DNA of 64,000 nucleotides. Origin: an uncultured Treponemataceae bacterium. GTDB taxonomy: Bacteria > Spirochaetota > Spirochaetia > Treponematales > Rectinemataceae. The translations under genes were made by a program, and so were the position numbers. Location: contig CAYXUF010000002.1 of the NCBI GenBank assembly GCA_964468155.1, positions 37,465 through 101,464 of the forward strand, in the 5' to 3' direction. Below, one piece after another: positions 18,594 through 28,823 of the stretch. Position 1 is the stretch's first letter, and each line of letters starts with the position of its first letter. A model generated the notes under the pieces. The model was not told the DNA's origin and did not search any database. It saw only the letters and a program-made list of their open reading frames with translations.

Positions 18594-19046
18594 TCAGCCG
18601 AATTTTCTGCGCATGAACTTCCTGTATGGCGCCTTGAACCAGGGGATGCCGTTGAAGATGTCGCCCCAGAGATCGTAGTAGTCGCGCTGACCCACAATCC
18701 TGCCGTCCTTGTGGAGGCTGAGCACGGTGGAACCGTAAATGGGCGTGCTCGGGAACTTCTTGAACATCATCGTCATCGTCCACTGGAGGAATATGGTGCT
18801 TCCTTCCCGGGCGACGGCGTGGATATCCATTCTCAGTTCCTGGCATCGTTCCGTAAGCCTCTCGCAGAGGGCCTTGAACTCCTCTATGCCCTCGATGCGC
18901 TGGATGGAGTCCTGGAAGACGATGTCGGGATGGTAGTAGGGGTAGATGTGGGACCAGTCGGGCTTGCCCTGGGTGTTGTAGGTTTTCGACCAGAGCGCCC
19001 TGACCATGTCGGTGGTGAGGAAAAGTATACCATCAGCTTCGTTCAT
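18594..19046 (-). CDS. NTF2/SnoaL-like fold protein
   Basis: 150-aa ORF with a SnoaL-like pattern (DIVFQDSIQRIEGIEEFKALCERL). First gene of the minus-strand operon. Confidence 0.6.
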   Translation of the reverse strand: MNEADGILFLTTDMVRALWSKTYNTQGKPDWSHIYPYYHPDIVFQDSIQRIEGIEEFKALCERLTERCQELRMDIHAVAREGSTIFLQWTMTMMFKKFPSTPIYGSTVLSLHKDGRIVGQRDYYDLWGDIFNGIPWFKAPYRKFMRRKFG

Positions 19047-19110
19047 CGCCCTATCCTAGCACGGGCCCTTGCCAGAACAAAGCGATTTCTATATATTCAG
19101 CGCATTGGTT

Positions 19111-19128
19111 TTACCAACATGTTGGTAA
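19111..19128. promoter_or_regulatory. Perfect 18-bp palindrome; likely TetR operator in a divergent promoter region
   Basis: TTACCAACATGTTGGTAA lies 25 nt upstream of the TetR ATG and 65 nt from the divergent NTF2 gene start. Confidence 0.6.
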
Positions 19129-19152
19129 GTTTAATGGAGCGACACGACAAGG

Positions 19153-19763
19153 ATGAAGAAAGAGAGCCTTTCCCAGGACCGCCTCCTCAAAGCCGCGGAG
19201 CTTCTCTTCTCGAAGCGCGGCTTTGCCGCCGTCACCCTGCGTGACATAACGAACAGCCTCGGACTCACCCATGCGGCGCTTTATTACCATTTTCCCGGCG
19301 GCAAGGAAGAGCTCTTCATCGCGGTGACGCGCCAGAGCATCCTGCGGCATGGCCAAGCCCTTGCGAGCATTCTCGAGGACGCCTGCTGCGACATCCGCTC
19401 CCAGCTGCACAGTGTGGCCGAATGGTTCATCGCGCAGCCGCCCCTCGACCTCATACGGATGTCCCAGTCGGACATGCCCGTGCTCAAACCCGAAGAAGCC
19501 CGGCGCCTGATGGATCTCATGCAGGGAGAAATCCTGCTTCGGCTGCAGCTGGCTTTGCACAAAGCCGATGAGGACAACTTCATCCGCTGCGAAAACCCGG
19601 CTCTCGTCGGAGGCGCCCTCGTAGGAATGATCGAAAGCTTCCATTCAATGCCCGAATTCGCCGTCAGGAAGTCGCGTACCGACATGGCGAAAGAGATGAT
19701 CGATATTGTACTCCGCGGTCTTGAATACCGCGGATTTGAAAAGAAACACATTGTGGAGGAATC

Positions 19764-19767
<4 letters not shown>
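19153..19767 (+). CDS. TetR/AcrR-family transcriptional regulator
   Basis: N-terminal HTH LLKAAELLFSKRGFAAVTLRDITNSLGLTHAALYYHF. Confidence 0.9.
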
Positions 19768-20441
<674 letters not shown>

Positions 20442-20443
20442 CG

Positions 20444-21865
20444 ATGCTCACACTTAAAATAGCCCTGCGCACCCTGATGCGCAGAAAGGGCAGGGCGGCC
20501 CTCATCGGCGTCCTCGTCGCCTTCGGCACCTTCCTCATCGTCTTTGGAACCACCTTCACTTCCTCGACGAGCGAAGCCTCCCGCGCCTCCATCATCGACA
20601 ATTTCACCGGCGACTTCATCATCTACTCGGAACGATCGAAGGAGCTGCCTTCACCCTTCGCCTTCCAGACCCCCCTGCCCAACATCCAGAACCTGGACGC
20701 CATCACCAACTTCCTCGCCACAGTTCCAGAGGTTGAGGCCTATGTTCCCTACTCCCAGAACTACGCCATCATCCAGGTGGAGCGAGGCGGCAAGAAGGTG
20801 GACCTTCCCTTCATATTCTACGCCGTCGATCCGCCCCTCTACCGCTCGATATTCAAGAACGCGGCCATGACCTCGGGCAGCTTTTTCGGCGTGGGTGCGA
20901 GCAAGGCGGCGGCCTGGGACGAATCCCGGGGTGTCATCATCAGCGAATACCAGAACGAGCAGTATACAAAAAACTACGGCGTCACCCTTTCCACGGGGGA
21001 ATCCGTCACCGTTCTGGGCGTCACCGAAGGGGGCGTCAATACCGTGCCCTCGCGCCTCGTCGGCACCTTCGAGCCCGAGCACTACAAGAACGTTTTCGAC
21101 TACATCAATTTCGTTGACGCGGCCACATTCTCCCAACTCTACAATTTCACCGGCGTCGAAGCCCTCCCCGACAGCTTCAACGCGGGCCTGGAAGCGGCTT
21201 CCCTCTCCGAGGACGCCCTCTTCGATCTCGCCCTGGACGAAAATTTCGGCAAGTTCGACTTGAGCAGCCTTAAATCCGAAGCGGTATCGGGCTTCACCAT
21301 GCTGGCCGTCACGCTGAAGGATCACAACTCCCTCGACAGCGTGCTCGCCCAGGTGCGAGCCGAAGGCGAAACGCTCGGCATCAAGGCGGCGAGCTGGAAG
21401 GAAGCTTCGGGCTTCTACGCCACCATCTCCTCTGCCCTCCAGGCCTTTATCGTCGTCGCCACGGCCCTCATCTTCCTCGTCGTCACCCTCATCTTCACCA
21501 ACACCCTCATCATCAACGTCGTCGAGCGCACCGCGGAAATCGGCACGATGCGCGCTCTCGGTACGGACAAGTCCTTCATACGGGGACTCTTCCTCACCGA
21601 AACCCTCATCCTCAACCTTACGGCGGCCCTTGTCGCGATGCTGGTGTCGCTCATCGCGATGCTTTTCCTTTCGAAATCGGGAATACCCCTTCCCGACACG
21701 ATCTCTCAGTTCCTCGTGGGCGGGGGCAGGCTGCCGCTCCAGATCAGGATCATGCCCTTCATTCAGGCGATTGTCGTGGTGGCCGTCGTATCGGTGCTCG
21801 CCACCCTCTACCCCGTGGCCGTCGCCACCTCGATCACGCCGCTCAAGGCGATGAGCGACAAATAA
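20444..21865 (+). CDS. ABC transporter permease, FtsX/MacB-type
   Basis: N-terminal TM, a large periplasmic domain and a C-terminal FtsX 3-TM bundle with ERTAEIGTMRALG. Confidence 0.85.
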   Translation: MLTLKIALRTLMRRKGRAALIGVLVAFGTFLIVFGTTFTSSTSEASRASIIDNFTGDFIIYSERSKELPSPFAFQTPLPNIQNLDAITNFLATVPEVEAYVPYSQNYAIIQVERGGKKVDLPFIFYAVDPPLYRSIFKNAAMTSGSFFGVGASKAAAWDESRGVIISEYQNEQYTKNYGVTLSTGESVTVLGVTEGGVNTVPSRLVGTFEPEHYKNVFDYINFVDAATFSQLYNFTGVEALPDSFNAGLEAASLSEDALFDLALDENFGKFDLSSLKSEAVSGFTMLAVTLKDHNSLDSVLAQVRAEGETLGIKAASWKEASGFYATISSALQAFIVVATALIFLVVTLIFTNTLIINVVERTAEIGTMRALGTDKSFIRGLFLTETLILNLTAALVAMLVSLIAMLFLSKSGIPLPDTISQFLVGGGRLPLQIRIMPFIQAIVVVAVVSVLATLYPVAVATSITPLKAMSDK

Positions 21866-21881
21866 GGAAGGTTGGCACTAT

Positions 21882-23207
21882 ATGGAACACTTTATCGGCA
21901 TCGCCCTCAAAAATATCTTCCGCCAGAAAAAGCGGAGTTTCACCCTTGGCGTCAACTACGCCATCGTCACCCTCATACTCACCCTCCTCTTCGCCTTCTC
22001 CCAGGGCGCCAAGGTGAATATCTTCAACAGCCTCACCAAGGCCTCGGCCGGCCACATCACGATAACCGGCCGCTTCGCCAAGGACAACCGCATCTACGGC
22101 GGCATACAGAAGACGAGCGAAATTATCGCCATCGTCGACAGGACCCTGGGCCCCGAGGTCACCGTTCTGCCCCGTTACCAGGTGCAGTCGGCCCTCTACT
22201 TCGGCGGCCTTTCCAAGCGCCTCTCCTTTGTGGGCATCGACACTGATAAGGACCTCACTATCCGCGAGCAGCTCAAATTTGCCGCGGGGAGCTGGGAGGC
22301 CTACGCTGAGGATCCCAACGGTCTCATCGTGCCGGCGGCCACGGCGGAATACTTCGGCTTCGTCGAGGGCGACGAGGTGGTCGTTTCGAGCCGGACGCGA
22401 TTCGGCGCCTTCAACACGGGCATCATGAAAATCCGCGGCATCTACACATCGGACAACTTTTTCGCCCAGGGCTCCATGTACACGCATTTCGAATTCCTCA
22501 GGGCTCTCGACCTCGCCGAAATAGATGCCTCCACAAGCCTCTATGTCTATTTTCCCAAGCTCAACGACGTGGCGGGCAAACGCGACGCCCTCTCGACAGC
22601 CCTTCTTGCTGCCGGTTTCGAGCCCTCCAATCCCAAGGACTCGAGCGAGGCCATAGCGGCCGTCTCCGCGGCCAGCACGAAATATGAAGAAGACAAGGAA
22701 GGCAGAGACCGCGTGATGCTCAAGCTCACCACGATCGACGAAGCCCTGGGAATCGTGGGCACCGTCCTCACGGCCGTAACCGCCGTGGGCGCCCTCATCG
22801 CCGCCGTCATGCTCTTCGTCATCGCCGTTTCCATCTTCATCAACCTCAAGATGAGCATCAACGAGCGTCTCAGGGAGATCGGCACGATGCGCGCCATGGG
22901 CGTCGAGTCGGGCGGCGTCACCTCCCTTTTCGTCTTCGAAAGCGTCCTCCTCGCCCTCATCTTCTCGGCGATCGGTGCGGGCATCGCCATCCTCATCTCA
23001 GCACTGTTCCGCTACCTCATCGTCCTTCCCGCGGGGGGAAACCTTGGCCTCTTCCTGGATTCGGGCCATCTCGTCCTCATACCCCGCATCATCGATGTGG
23101 CCGCCATCATCGCCATCATCGCCTTTTTCTCGGTCGTATTCTCGTATTTCCCGGCGCGTCGCGGGGGGAAGATTCCTCCCGTCGTCGCTCTTACAAAGCT
23201 TTTTTAA
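21882..23207 (+). CDS. ABC transporter permease, FtsX/MacB-type (second)
   Basis: Same architecture as the first permease; ERLREIGTMRAMG motif. Confidence 0.85.
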   Translation: MEHFIGIALKNIFRQKKRSFTLGVNYAIVTLILTLLFAFSQGAKVNIFNSLTKASAGHITITGRFAKDNRIYGGIQKTSEIIAIVDRTLGPEVTVLPRYQVQSALYFGGLSKRLSFVGIDTDKDLTIREQLKFAAGSWEAYAEDPNGLIVPAATAEYFGFVEGDEVVVSSRTRFGAFNTGIMKIRGIYTSDNFFAQGSMYTHFEFLRALDLAEIDASTSLYVYFPKLNDVAGKRDALSTALLAAGFEPSNPKDSSEAIAAVSAASTKYEEDKEGRDRVMLKLTTIDEALGIVGTVLTAVTAVGALIAAVMLFVIAVSIFINLKMSINERLREIGTMRAMGVESGGVTSLFVFESVLLALIFSAIGAGIAILISALFRYLIVLPAGGNLGLFLDSGHLVLIPRIIDVAAIIAIIAFFSVVFSYFPARRGGKIPPVVALTKLF

Positions 23208-23232
23208 GAAAAAATTTATTGGAGGTTATTTA

Positions 23233-24060
23233 ATGAACGATAGAAAGCGCATAACGTTGAACACGAATGGATATTGCGGAGCCGCGCGCAGAGTCGCGAC
23301 CCTGCTTTTCACAGCCATTATCTTTTTCGCTGCGGTGGCCGCGGCCGGCGCCCAGGCGGCCAAGAGCAGCGATCCCAAGGCCGTCACGATAATCAAGAAC
23401 CTCGAAGCCAAGCAGGATCTCACCGGCCTCGACGTCACCAACCTCTTCACCATCGTGCAGAAAAAAGAGGGCGAATCGGACCGCGTCCTCCAGATCAAGA
23501 TATTCAGGCGCGACGCCGCCGATACCTTCACCCTCGTGTTCCAGTTCCCCGACAGCGAGAAGGGCAAGGGCTACTACCGCAGCAAGGACGACCTCTACCT
23601 CTACCTGCCGACAACCCGCGAATTCGTCTACCGCAACCGGAAAGACGACGTGGGCTCCACCGACATCAGGGCCGACCTCTTCGGAAAGCCCCAAACCCTC
23701 CAGCAGTATTGGGTGAATCTCGCCGGCACGGCCACCGTGTCCAAGTGGGAAACCGACGTTATCCGACTCGACGCCCGCCAGCTGGATGTATCCTACCCTG
23801 TCCAGAAATGGTACGTGCGCAAGACCGACGGTCTCCCCGTCAAGCAGGAGAGCTATTCGGCCTCGGAAACCCTTTTGCGCACCACCTACTATCTCGACTA
23901 TAAGGAAGTGTCAGCGGGCAAGTTCATCTTCACCAAGCTCCTCGCCCAGGACGAACTGCAGAAGGGCCAGAAGACCTTCCTCACGAACGAGGGGATTTCG
24001 GTGGCGAAGATCAAGGACTACACCTTCTCCAAGGCTTTTCTCGAGGAGCAGTCCCGATAA
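23233..24060 (+). CDS. Secreted LolA-like (outer-membrane lipoprotein-sorting-like) protein
   Basis: Start at the ATG at 23233 after GGAGG. Signal sequence, then a beta-rich protein resembling LolA-like proteins found beside MacB-type transporters. The family call rests on recall only. Confidence 0.5.
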   Translation: MNDRKRITLNTNGYCGAARRVATLLFTAIIFFAAVAAAGAQAAKSSDPKAVTIIKNLEAKQDLTGLDVTNLFTIVQKKEGESDRVLQIKIFRRDAADTFTLVFQFPDSEKGKGYYRSKDDLYLYLPTTREFVYRNRKDDVGSTDIRADLFGKPQTLQQYWVNLAGTATVSKWETDVIRLDARQLDVSYPVQKWYVRKTDGLPVKQESYSASETLLRTTYYLDYKEVSAGKFIFTKLLAQDELQKGQKTFLTNEGISVAKIKDYTFSKAFLEEQSR

Positions 24061-24075
24061 GGGAAGGATGAACGT

Positions 24076-25356
24076 ATGAAACGTACGACAATATCGCTCA
24101 TCGCGACCCTGGCCGCGGTGGCCTTCCTCCTGGCCGGTCCAGTATTCTCGGGCCGGGGCCAGGTCGCTGCCCAGGAATCGGGGGGTGCCGACGCGGCCGC
24201 CTACGACCCCTTCGACATCTCGGCCTTCGACTCGGGCGTCGGCGAAGCCACGGCGCCCGAAAACGCACAACGCGTCGAATTTCTTTTCGGTGGCAGCTTC
24301 CTGCCTTCGGCGAGCGCCAGCGCCACGAGCGGTTTTAAAGGTTATGCGGCATCGTCTTCGATCTCAGGCAAGCTGTTCGGCAAGGTAAGCCTCGAGAACT
24401 ATGGTTCGCTCTACATTTCCTACAGCCTTTCCCAGCAGTTTCTGCAGAGCGCAGGCGGCGATGCCCCCGTCCTCCCCGGCAAGAGCCTTAGCAGCCCGAC
24501 ATTCACCCTCAGCGAGCTCTACTATTCATTCGATCTGGGCAAGGTTCTCTTCGCCCGCCTCGGCAACCAGCTCATCGCCTGGGGGCCCTCCAAAATCTGG
24601 AGCGCCGTCGATTTCATCAACCTTGAAAAGGCCGACGCCTTCCAGGGCCTCGACCTTCGCGTCGGCAAGCCCGGGCTTCGCGTCCACCTGCCCATGGAAT
24701 CGTCCAACCTCTTCGCCTTCGCGGATTTTTCCGGAACTGTAAAATCAGGCGTCGTACAGGACATCGTCGATTCGGTGAATATGGGATTCCGCTACGATGT
24801 AAGCCTGGCGGGATTCGAGCTGGGCCTCACCACCTACCTCGGCGCAGGTCTCCAGGGCCGCGGCGGCTTCGATTTCTCGGGCCGCGCCCTCGGTTCGACC
24901 ATCTACGGCGAAGTGGCTGTCCTGCCCGCCTACGATGCCTATGATTTTTCCTGGTCGGCTTCGGCAGGCGTGGAAAGGAAGTTAGGCGATCTCAAGAAAG
25001 TGACGGCTTCGGCCGAGTTCTTCTACAATTCGCTCGGTGCGGACGACGAGAGCGGCTATCCCGCCCTGGTCATCGCCAAGACTTTCTCGCCCACCTATGT
25101 CGGAAAGTACTATGGCTATTTCGGCCTCAGCTGGGACGATCTCTTTTCGCCCGATCTCTCCACTTCCCTATCGCTGCTCGCCAACCTGTCGGACGGATCG
25201 GTGCAGGCCCGTCTCAGCGAGAGCGTGGCGCTCAGGGGCCTACCCCCCTTCTCGGTGATAGTGGGCTGGACGGGAGGAGGCGAGAAAAAGGCTTTCACCT
25301 ACTATTCAGGCAACGGCAGCCTTTCCTTGACCCTTCAATCGAGGTTTGAGTTCTAG
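24076..25356 (+). CDS. Putative outer-membrane beta-barrel protein
   Basis: Signal peptide MKRTTISLIATLAAVAFLLAG, alternating beta-strand pattern, and a C-terminal SRFEF ending in Phe. Confidence 0.5.
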   Translation: MKRTTISLIATLAAVAFLLAGPVFSGRGQVAAQESGGADAAAYDPFDISAFDSGVGEATAPENAQRVEFLFGGSFLPSASASATSGFKGYAASSSISGKLFGKVSLENYGSLYISYSLSQQFLQSAGGDAPVLPGKSLSSPTFTLSELYYSFDLGKVLFARLGNQLIAWGPSKIWSAVDFINLEKADAFQGLDLRVGKPGLRVHLPMESSNLFAFADFSGTVKSGVVQDIVDSVNMGFRYDVSLAGFELGLTTYLGAGLQGRGGFDFSGRALGSTIYGEVAVLPAYDAYDFSWSASAGVERKLGDLKKVTASAEFFYNSLGADDESGYPALVIAKTFSPTYVGKYYGYFGLSWDDLFSPDLSTSLSLLANLSDGSVQARLSESVALRGLPPFSVIVGWTGGGEKKAFTYYSGNGSLSLTLQSRFEF

Positions 25357-25358
25357 CC

Positions 25359-25934
25359 TCACTTGGCGAAGGCTACTTCCCCCGCCTCGAGTTTCACGTG
25401 CTTCGATGTGAAGTTGTCAGACCGGCCATAGGCGACGATCAGCCTGAGGGCGGGCCAGGCCGTGTAGGGCGCGGCGGGCAGGGAATACTCGAGGATGGTG
25501 GAGCCGTTCGCCTCGCGCGCCGCCTGGCTGCGCAGAAGCTTCGACGCGTTTTCCTTGTGGCTGAAACCCGCCCCCGTCTGCTCGCTGATAGCTGCTGTTC
25601 CCTTGTCGACATAGGCCAGCACCATGAAGGAACCGTTCATCTTGAGAGAACCCAGGCCTACGGCTACCCAGCCTGTGGTCGGGGCTTCCAGGGCGACGAA
25701 AAGCGTCGATGCGTCGGCCGAAAGGGAGAGGGAGAGCTTCATGTCCTTGAGCGTGCCCTGAAAGGAATACTCGCCAGCCCCGATTACGCCGTCGGCCACG
25801 GGGACGAGGGCTGAAGCCTTTAGAGGTGGATGAGCCTGCCCAGCGGGCTGTGCGATAGCGGGACCAACCATGGCGAAGAGAAGGAACAAGGCCGCGGCAG
25901 CGGCAACGAGGATTTTTTTTTCTTTCATACGCAT
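25359..25934 (-). CDS. Secreted DOMON-like domain protein
   Basis: Signal peptide plus a beta-sandwich-like sequence (GWVAVGLGS, MVLAYV). Lies immediately downstream of a ferric-reductase-like membrane protein gene. Confidence 0.55.
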   Translation of the reverse strand: MRMKEKKILVAAAAALFLLFAMVGPAIAQPAGQAHPPLKASALVPVADGVIGAGEYSFQGTLKDMKLSLSLSADASTLFVALEAPTTGWVAVGLGSLKMNGSFMVLAYVDKGTAAISEQTGAGFSHKENASKLLRSQAAREANGSTILEYSLPAAPYTAWPALRLIVAYGRSDNFTSKHVKLEAGEVAFAK

Positions 25935-25942
25935 ACTCTCCT

Positions 25943-26590
25943 TTACTTTTTCGCAGTGGTACCGGCAGTGCGGCCCTTTATCCTGTAACGCAGATACATG
26001 CCAAGCGAAATCAGCATCCAGACGATCATCACGACAAAACCGACAGGATTCGCCGCGAAGTCCGAACTCGAGGCGAGAAGGACGTGGATGAGAAGCAAGG
26101 GAGCTATCAGGAGGGTGATGTTGTGCAGAGCCCGCGACTTTTTATAGTCCAGCCCCGTCTTTCCATACACCCACGCCTTCAGCTTTTTAAGAAACTCCAG
26201 CTTCATCCAGAAGGTTGTTGCCATAAAAAGCACGGTGAAGAGGATAACCACCGTGAGCAGGATCAGCGCCATCAGCCCGAACAGAGCCTGGGGCGATTCG
26301 ACGTCCAGCCCCACTATCGCTTTCGAGATCCTGTGCGCCGCGGCGATCACCGCGATGACGATGGGCAGGGTCGAATGGAAACGCAAAAGGGCCTTCTGGC
26401 CAACAGCCTTTATCGCCCAGGCTGGCCTGGCCGCCAGGATGAACTGATTGCAGAGAAAGACGAAGGCGGCGACGCCGAGGGCCACCGAGAGCCCGTAGAG
26501 GTTGATTGGCCATCCCAGGGTGCCGAGGTAGAAGGCCAAAGGAACGAGGGGCGATAGAAAATACGCGATATAAAAACCGGCTTTGTTCAT
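25943..26590 (-). CDS. Ferric-reductase-like transmembrane (di-haem cytochrome b-type) protein
   Basis: Six-TM-like protein with conserved His in TM helices (LRFHSTLP, AAHRISK, LHNITL, LLIHVLL). Confidence 0.6.
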   Translation of the reverse strand: MNKAGFYIAYFLSPLVPLAFYLGTLGWPINLYGLSVALGVAAFVFLCNQFILAARPAWAIKAVGQKALLRFHSTLPIVIAVIAAAHRISKAIVGLDVESPQALFGLMALILLTVVILFTVLFMATTFWMKLEFLKKLKAWVYGKTGLDYKKSRALHNITLLIAPLLLIHVLLASSSDFAANPVGFVVMIVWMLISLGMYLRYRIKGRTAGTTAKK

Positions 26591-26649
26591 TTAATTCCTC
26601 CTCGGAATTAAGGACGCCTTAAGCCAACACTTGGAGAACAGTATACTAT

Positions 26650-26688
26650 AAAAAAGGGCTGTCTGCCAAAACCCGGCGAACAGCCCTC
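26650..26688 (-). terminator. Intrinsic terminator downstream of the NCS2 permease gene
   Basis: The minus strand reads GGGCTGT-loop-ACAGCCC followed by TTTTTTAT. Confidence 0.6.
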
Positions 26689-26725
26689 GTATAAAATGTT
26701 GTTTAGTATTTATCAAGTACTTCTT

Positions 26726-28045
26726 TCAAGCCTTCTTCCGCCCGATCGAGAGCATGAGGTTCATGACGATGCCCACCACGGCGGCCGTGGCGATGGCGGG
26801 AAGCTGCATGCCGAAGGCGGGGATCATCCCGTTCGGGAAACCATAGGAGCCGCCCAGGCCCACCACGAGGATGACGGCGATCACCGCCAGGTTGCGCGAG
26901 TCGAAGAGATCCACCTTTTTGTTGATCATGATCGCCACACCCTGGGCGCCGATGACGCCGAAGAGGTAGATGCACGCGCCGTTGATAACCGAGCCCGGCA
27001 CCGACCGTATCGCGTTGGACAGGGGCTGGATAAAGGAGAGGACTATGGCCATGATGGCCGCCCCGCCCAGCACTTTTACCGAAAAGTTTTTCGTGATGGC
27101 CATGGTGGAGATGTTCTCGCCGTAGTTCGTGCCCGCCGGACCGCCGAAGAGGGAGGCCACGATGTCGCCGATGCCGTCGCCCACAAGGTTGAGGCCGAGC
27201 TTGTCGGCGATCTTGTATTCCTTCTTGCCCTTGCGTTTCGCGAGGTCGTTGACGTAGATATCCAGCTGGAAGAGGTGGGCCGTCGATTCGGGGATGGTCG
27301 CTATGGCGATGGGCATGATGGCTGCCACGGCCACCCAGTTGGGCATGGGCAGGGTGAAGTGCGGCAGTTCGACGACGGTGCCCGTCCAGATCGCGGCGAA
27401 GTCGACGAGGCCGAGGGGGATGGCCACGACGTAGCCCACGAGGATGCCGAAGAGGATGGGCAACTGGCCGGCGACGCCCTTCAGGTACACCGAGAAGCCG
27501 ATCGTGGCGAAGAGGGTGACGAGGGCGGCGATCCAGGCCTTGTCGTTCGCCTGTCCGCCCGAGAAGCCCGCCGCGCTGGTGATCGCCACGCCCGCAAGCG
27601 AGATTCCGATGACCATGGCTATCGAGCCCGTCACCGTGGCCGGCAGCACCTTCTCGATCACTTCCATGCCGAAGCGGCTGACGATGAGCCCCGCCACGAC
27701 GGAGACCAGGCCCGACATGATGATGCCCCACTGGGCCTGCGAGATGAGGGCATCGGGAGCCGTCTGCCCGAAGGAAGCGCCGGTGATGCTGACGATCGCC
27801 GCGATGTAGGAGAAGCTCGACCCGTAGTAGAGGGGAATCTTTCCCCGCGTTATGAAGAGGAAGGCGAGGGTCGCGAATCCGCTCGCGAAGATCGTGGTCG
27901 AGATATGGAAGCCCGTCAGGAGGGCGACCGTGACCGTGGCCGGAAACATGACGAGGAGCTGCTGAAAAGCGAACACTATCAGCTTTCCCGTAGACGGCGT
28001 CTCGTCCGGTAGATACCCAAACACCTTTTCCGCTGGCTTTGCCAT
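26726..28045 (-). CDS. NCS2-family nucleobase (uracil/xanthine-type) permease
   Basis: LIVFAFQQLLVMFPATV and the typical NCS2 TM pattern. Start trimmed to the ATG at 28045 (MAKPAEK), preceded by GGAGGAAGG. Confidence 0.9.
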   Translation of the reverse strand: MAKPAEKVFGYLPDETPSTGKLIVFAFQQLLVMFPATVTVALLTGFHISTTIFASGFATLAFLFITRGKIPLYYGSSFSYIAAIVSITGASFGQTAPDALISQAQWGIIMSGLVSVVAGLIVSRFGMEVIEKVLPATVTGSIAMVIGISLAGVAITSAAGFSGGQANDKAWIAALVTLFATIGFSVYLKGVAGQLPILFGILVGYVVAIPLGLVDFAAIWTGTVVELPHFTLPMPNWVAVAAIMPIAIATIPESTAHLFQLDIYVNDLAKRKGKKEYKIADKLGLNLVGDGIGDIVASLFGGPAGTNYGENISTMAITKNFSVKVLGGAAIMAIVLSFIQPLSNAIRSVPGSVINGACIYLFGVIGAQGVAIMINKKVDLFDSRNLAVIAVILVVGLGGSYGFPNGMIPAFGMQLPAIATAAVVGIVMNLMLSIGRKKA

Positions 28046-28247
28046 TCCACCTTCCTCCTTGTGTCCCTCTCGGGCCAAATTTTCTTATAGTACTTGAATG
28101 GCGCAAACGGGAAAAGTGCGCACGCCCCCAGAATGTGGATATTTATGCTTTTTTTATCTCATGGAGCGCCATTCGTGAAAGGGGAACAGCCGTGTACAAA
28201 ATTGAGCCCTGAGGCTATGATCGGGGTATCATCCTCAAGGAGACACA

Positions 28248-28817
28248 ATGGCCCTACTCAAACAGATTGAAACTCGCAGAGCCTACAGAGCCCTCGATAC
28301 AAAACCCATAGCCCAGGATATTCTCCTTCGCCTCGCCGAGGCCGCGACCTTCGCTCCCTCCTGCAACAACAACCAGCCTTGGCGCATCGTCACCGTGGTC
28401 GAGCCAGCCAGGCTCGAAGCGCTCAAGGCTTCGCTCACCCCCGGCAACTACTGGGCCAGGAAGGCCCCCGCCATCGCCGCCTTTGTTACCCAGCTCGACT
28501 GGGACGCCCGCCTCGACGCTGGCCGCGACTACGCCCTTTTCGACCTCGGCCAGGCAGCCATGGCCTACCAGCTCCAGGCTGTGGAGGAAGGCCTCCATGC
28601 CCACCCCATCGCCGGCTTCAACCCCGCTGTCGCCAAGGAAGCCCTGGGCATCCCCGAAACGGCCATCCTCGAAACCCTCATCATACTCGGCTGGCCTGGC
28701 GATCCTTCCGGCTTGAACGAAAGGCATCAAGCCGGGGAAAAGGCTCCCCGCTCCAGAAAACCCCTGGAGGATGTCGCCGCCTTCGACGCCTGGAGCGACA
28801 GGCTCCTCCCGCATTGA
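28248..28817 (+). CDS. Nitroreductase-family protein
   Basis: RRAYRALD ... APSCNNNQPWR motif. Confidence 0.85.
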   Translation: MALLKQIETRRAYRALDTKPIAQDILLRLAEAATFAPSCNNNQPWRIVTVVEPARLEALKASLTPGNYWARKAPAIAAFVTQLDWDARLDAGRDYALFDLGQAAMAYQLQAVEEGLHAHPIAGFNPAVAKEALGIPETAILETLIILGWPGDPSGLNERHQAGEKAPRSRKPLEDVAAFDAWSDRLLPH

Positions 28818-28823
28818 TATAGA

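Noticed and set aside
26696-28106. Two long ORFs (438 aa on the plus strand, 467 aa on the minus strand in another frame) overlapping the NCS2 permease gene.
   Set aside because: The 26726..28045 frame gives an unmistakable nucleobase-permease sequence. The alternatives are Arg/His/Gly/Asp-rich artefacts of high GC.
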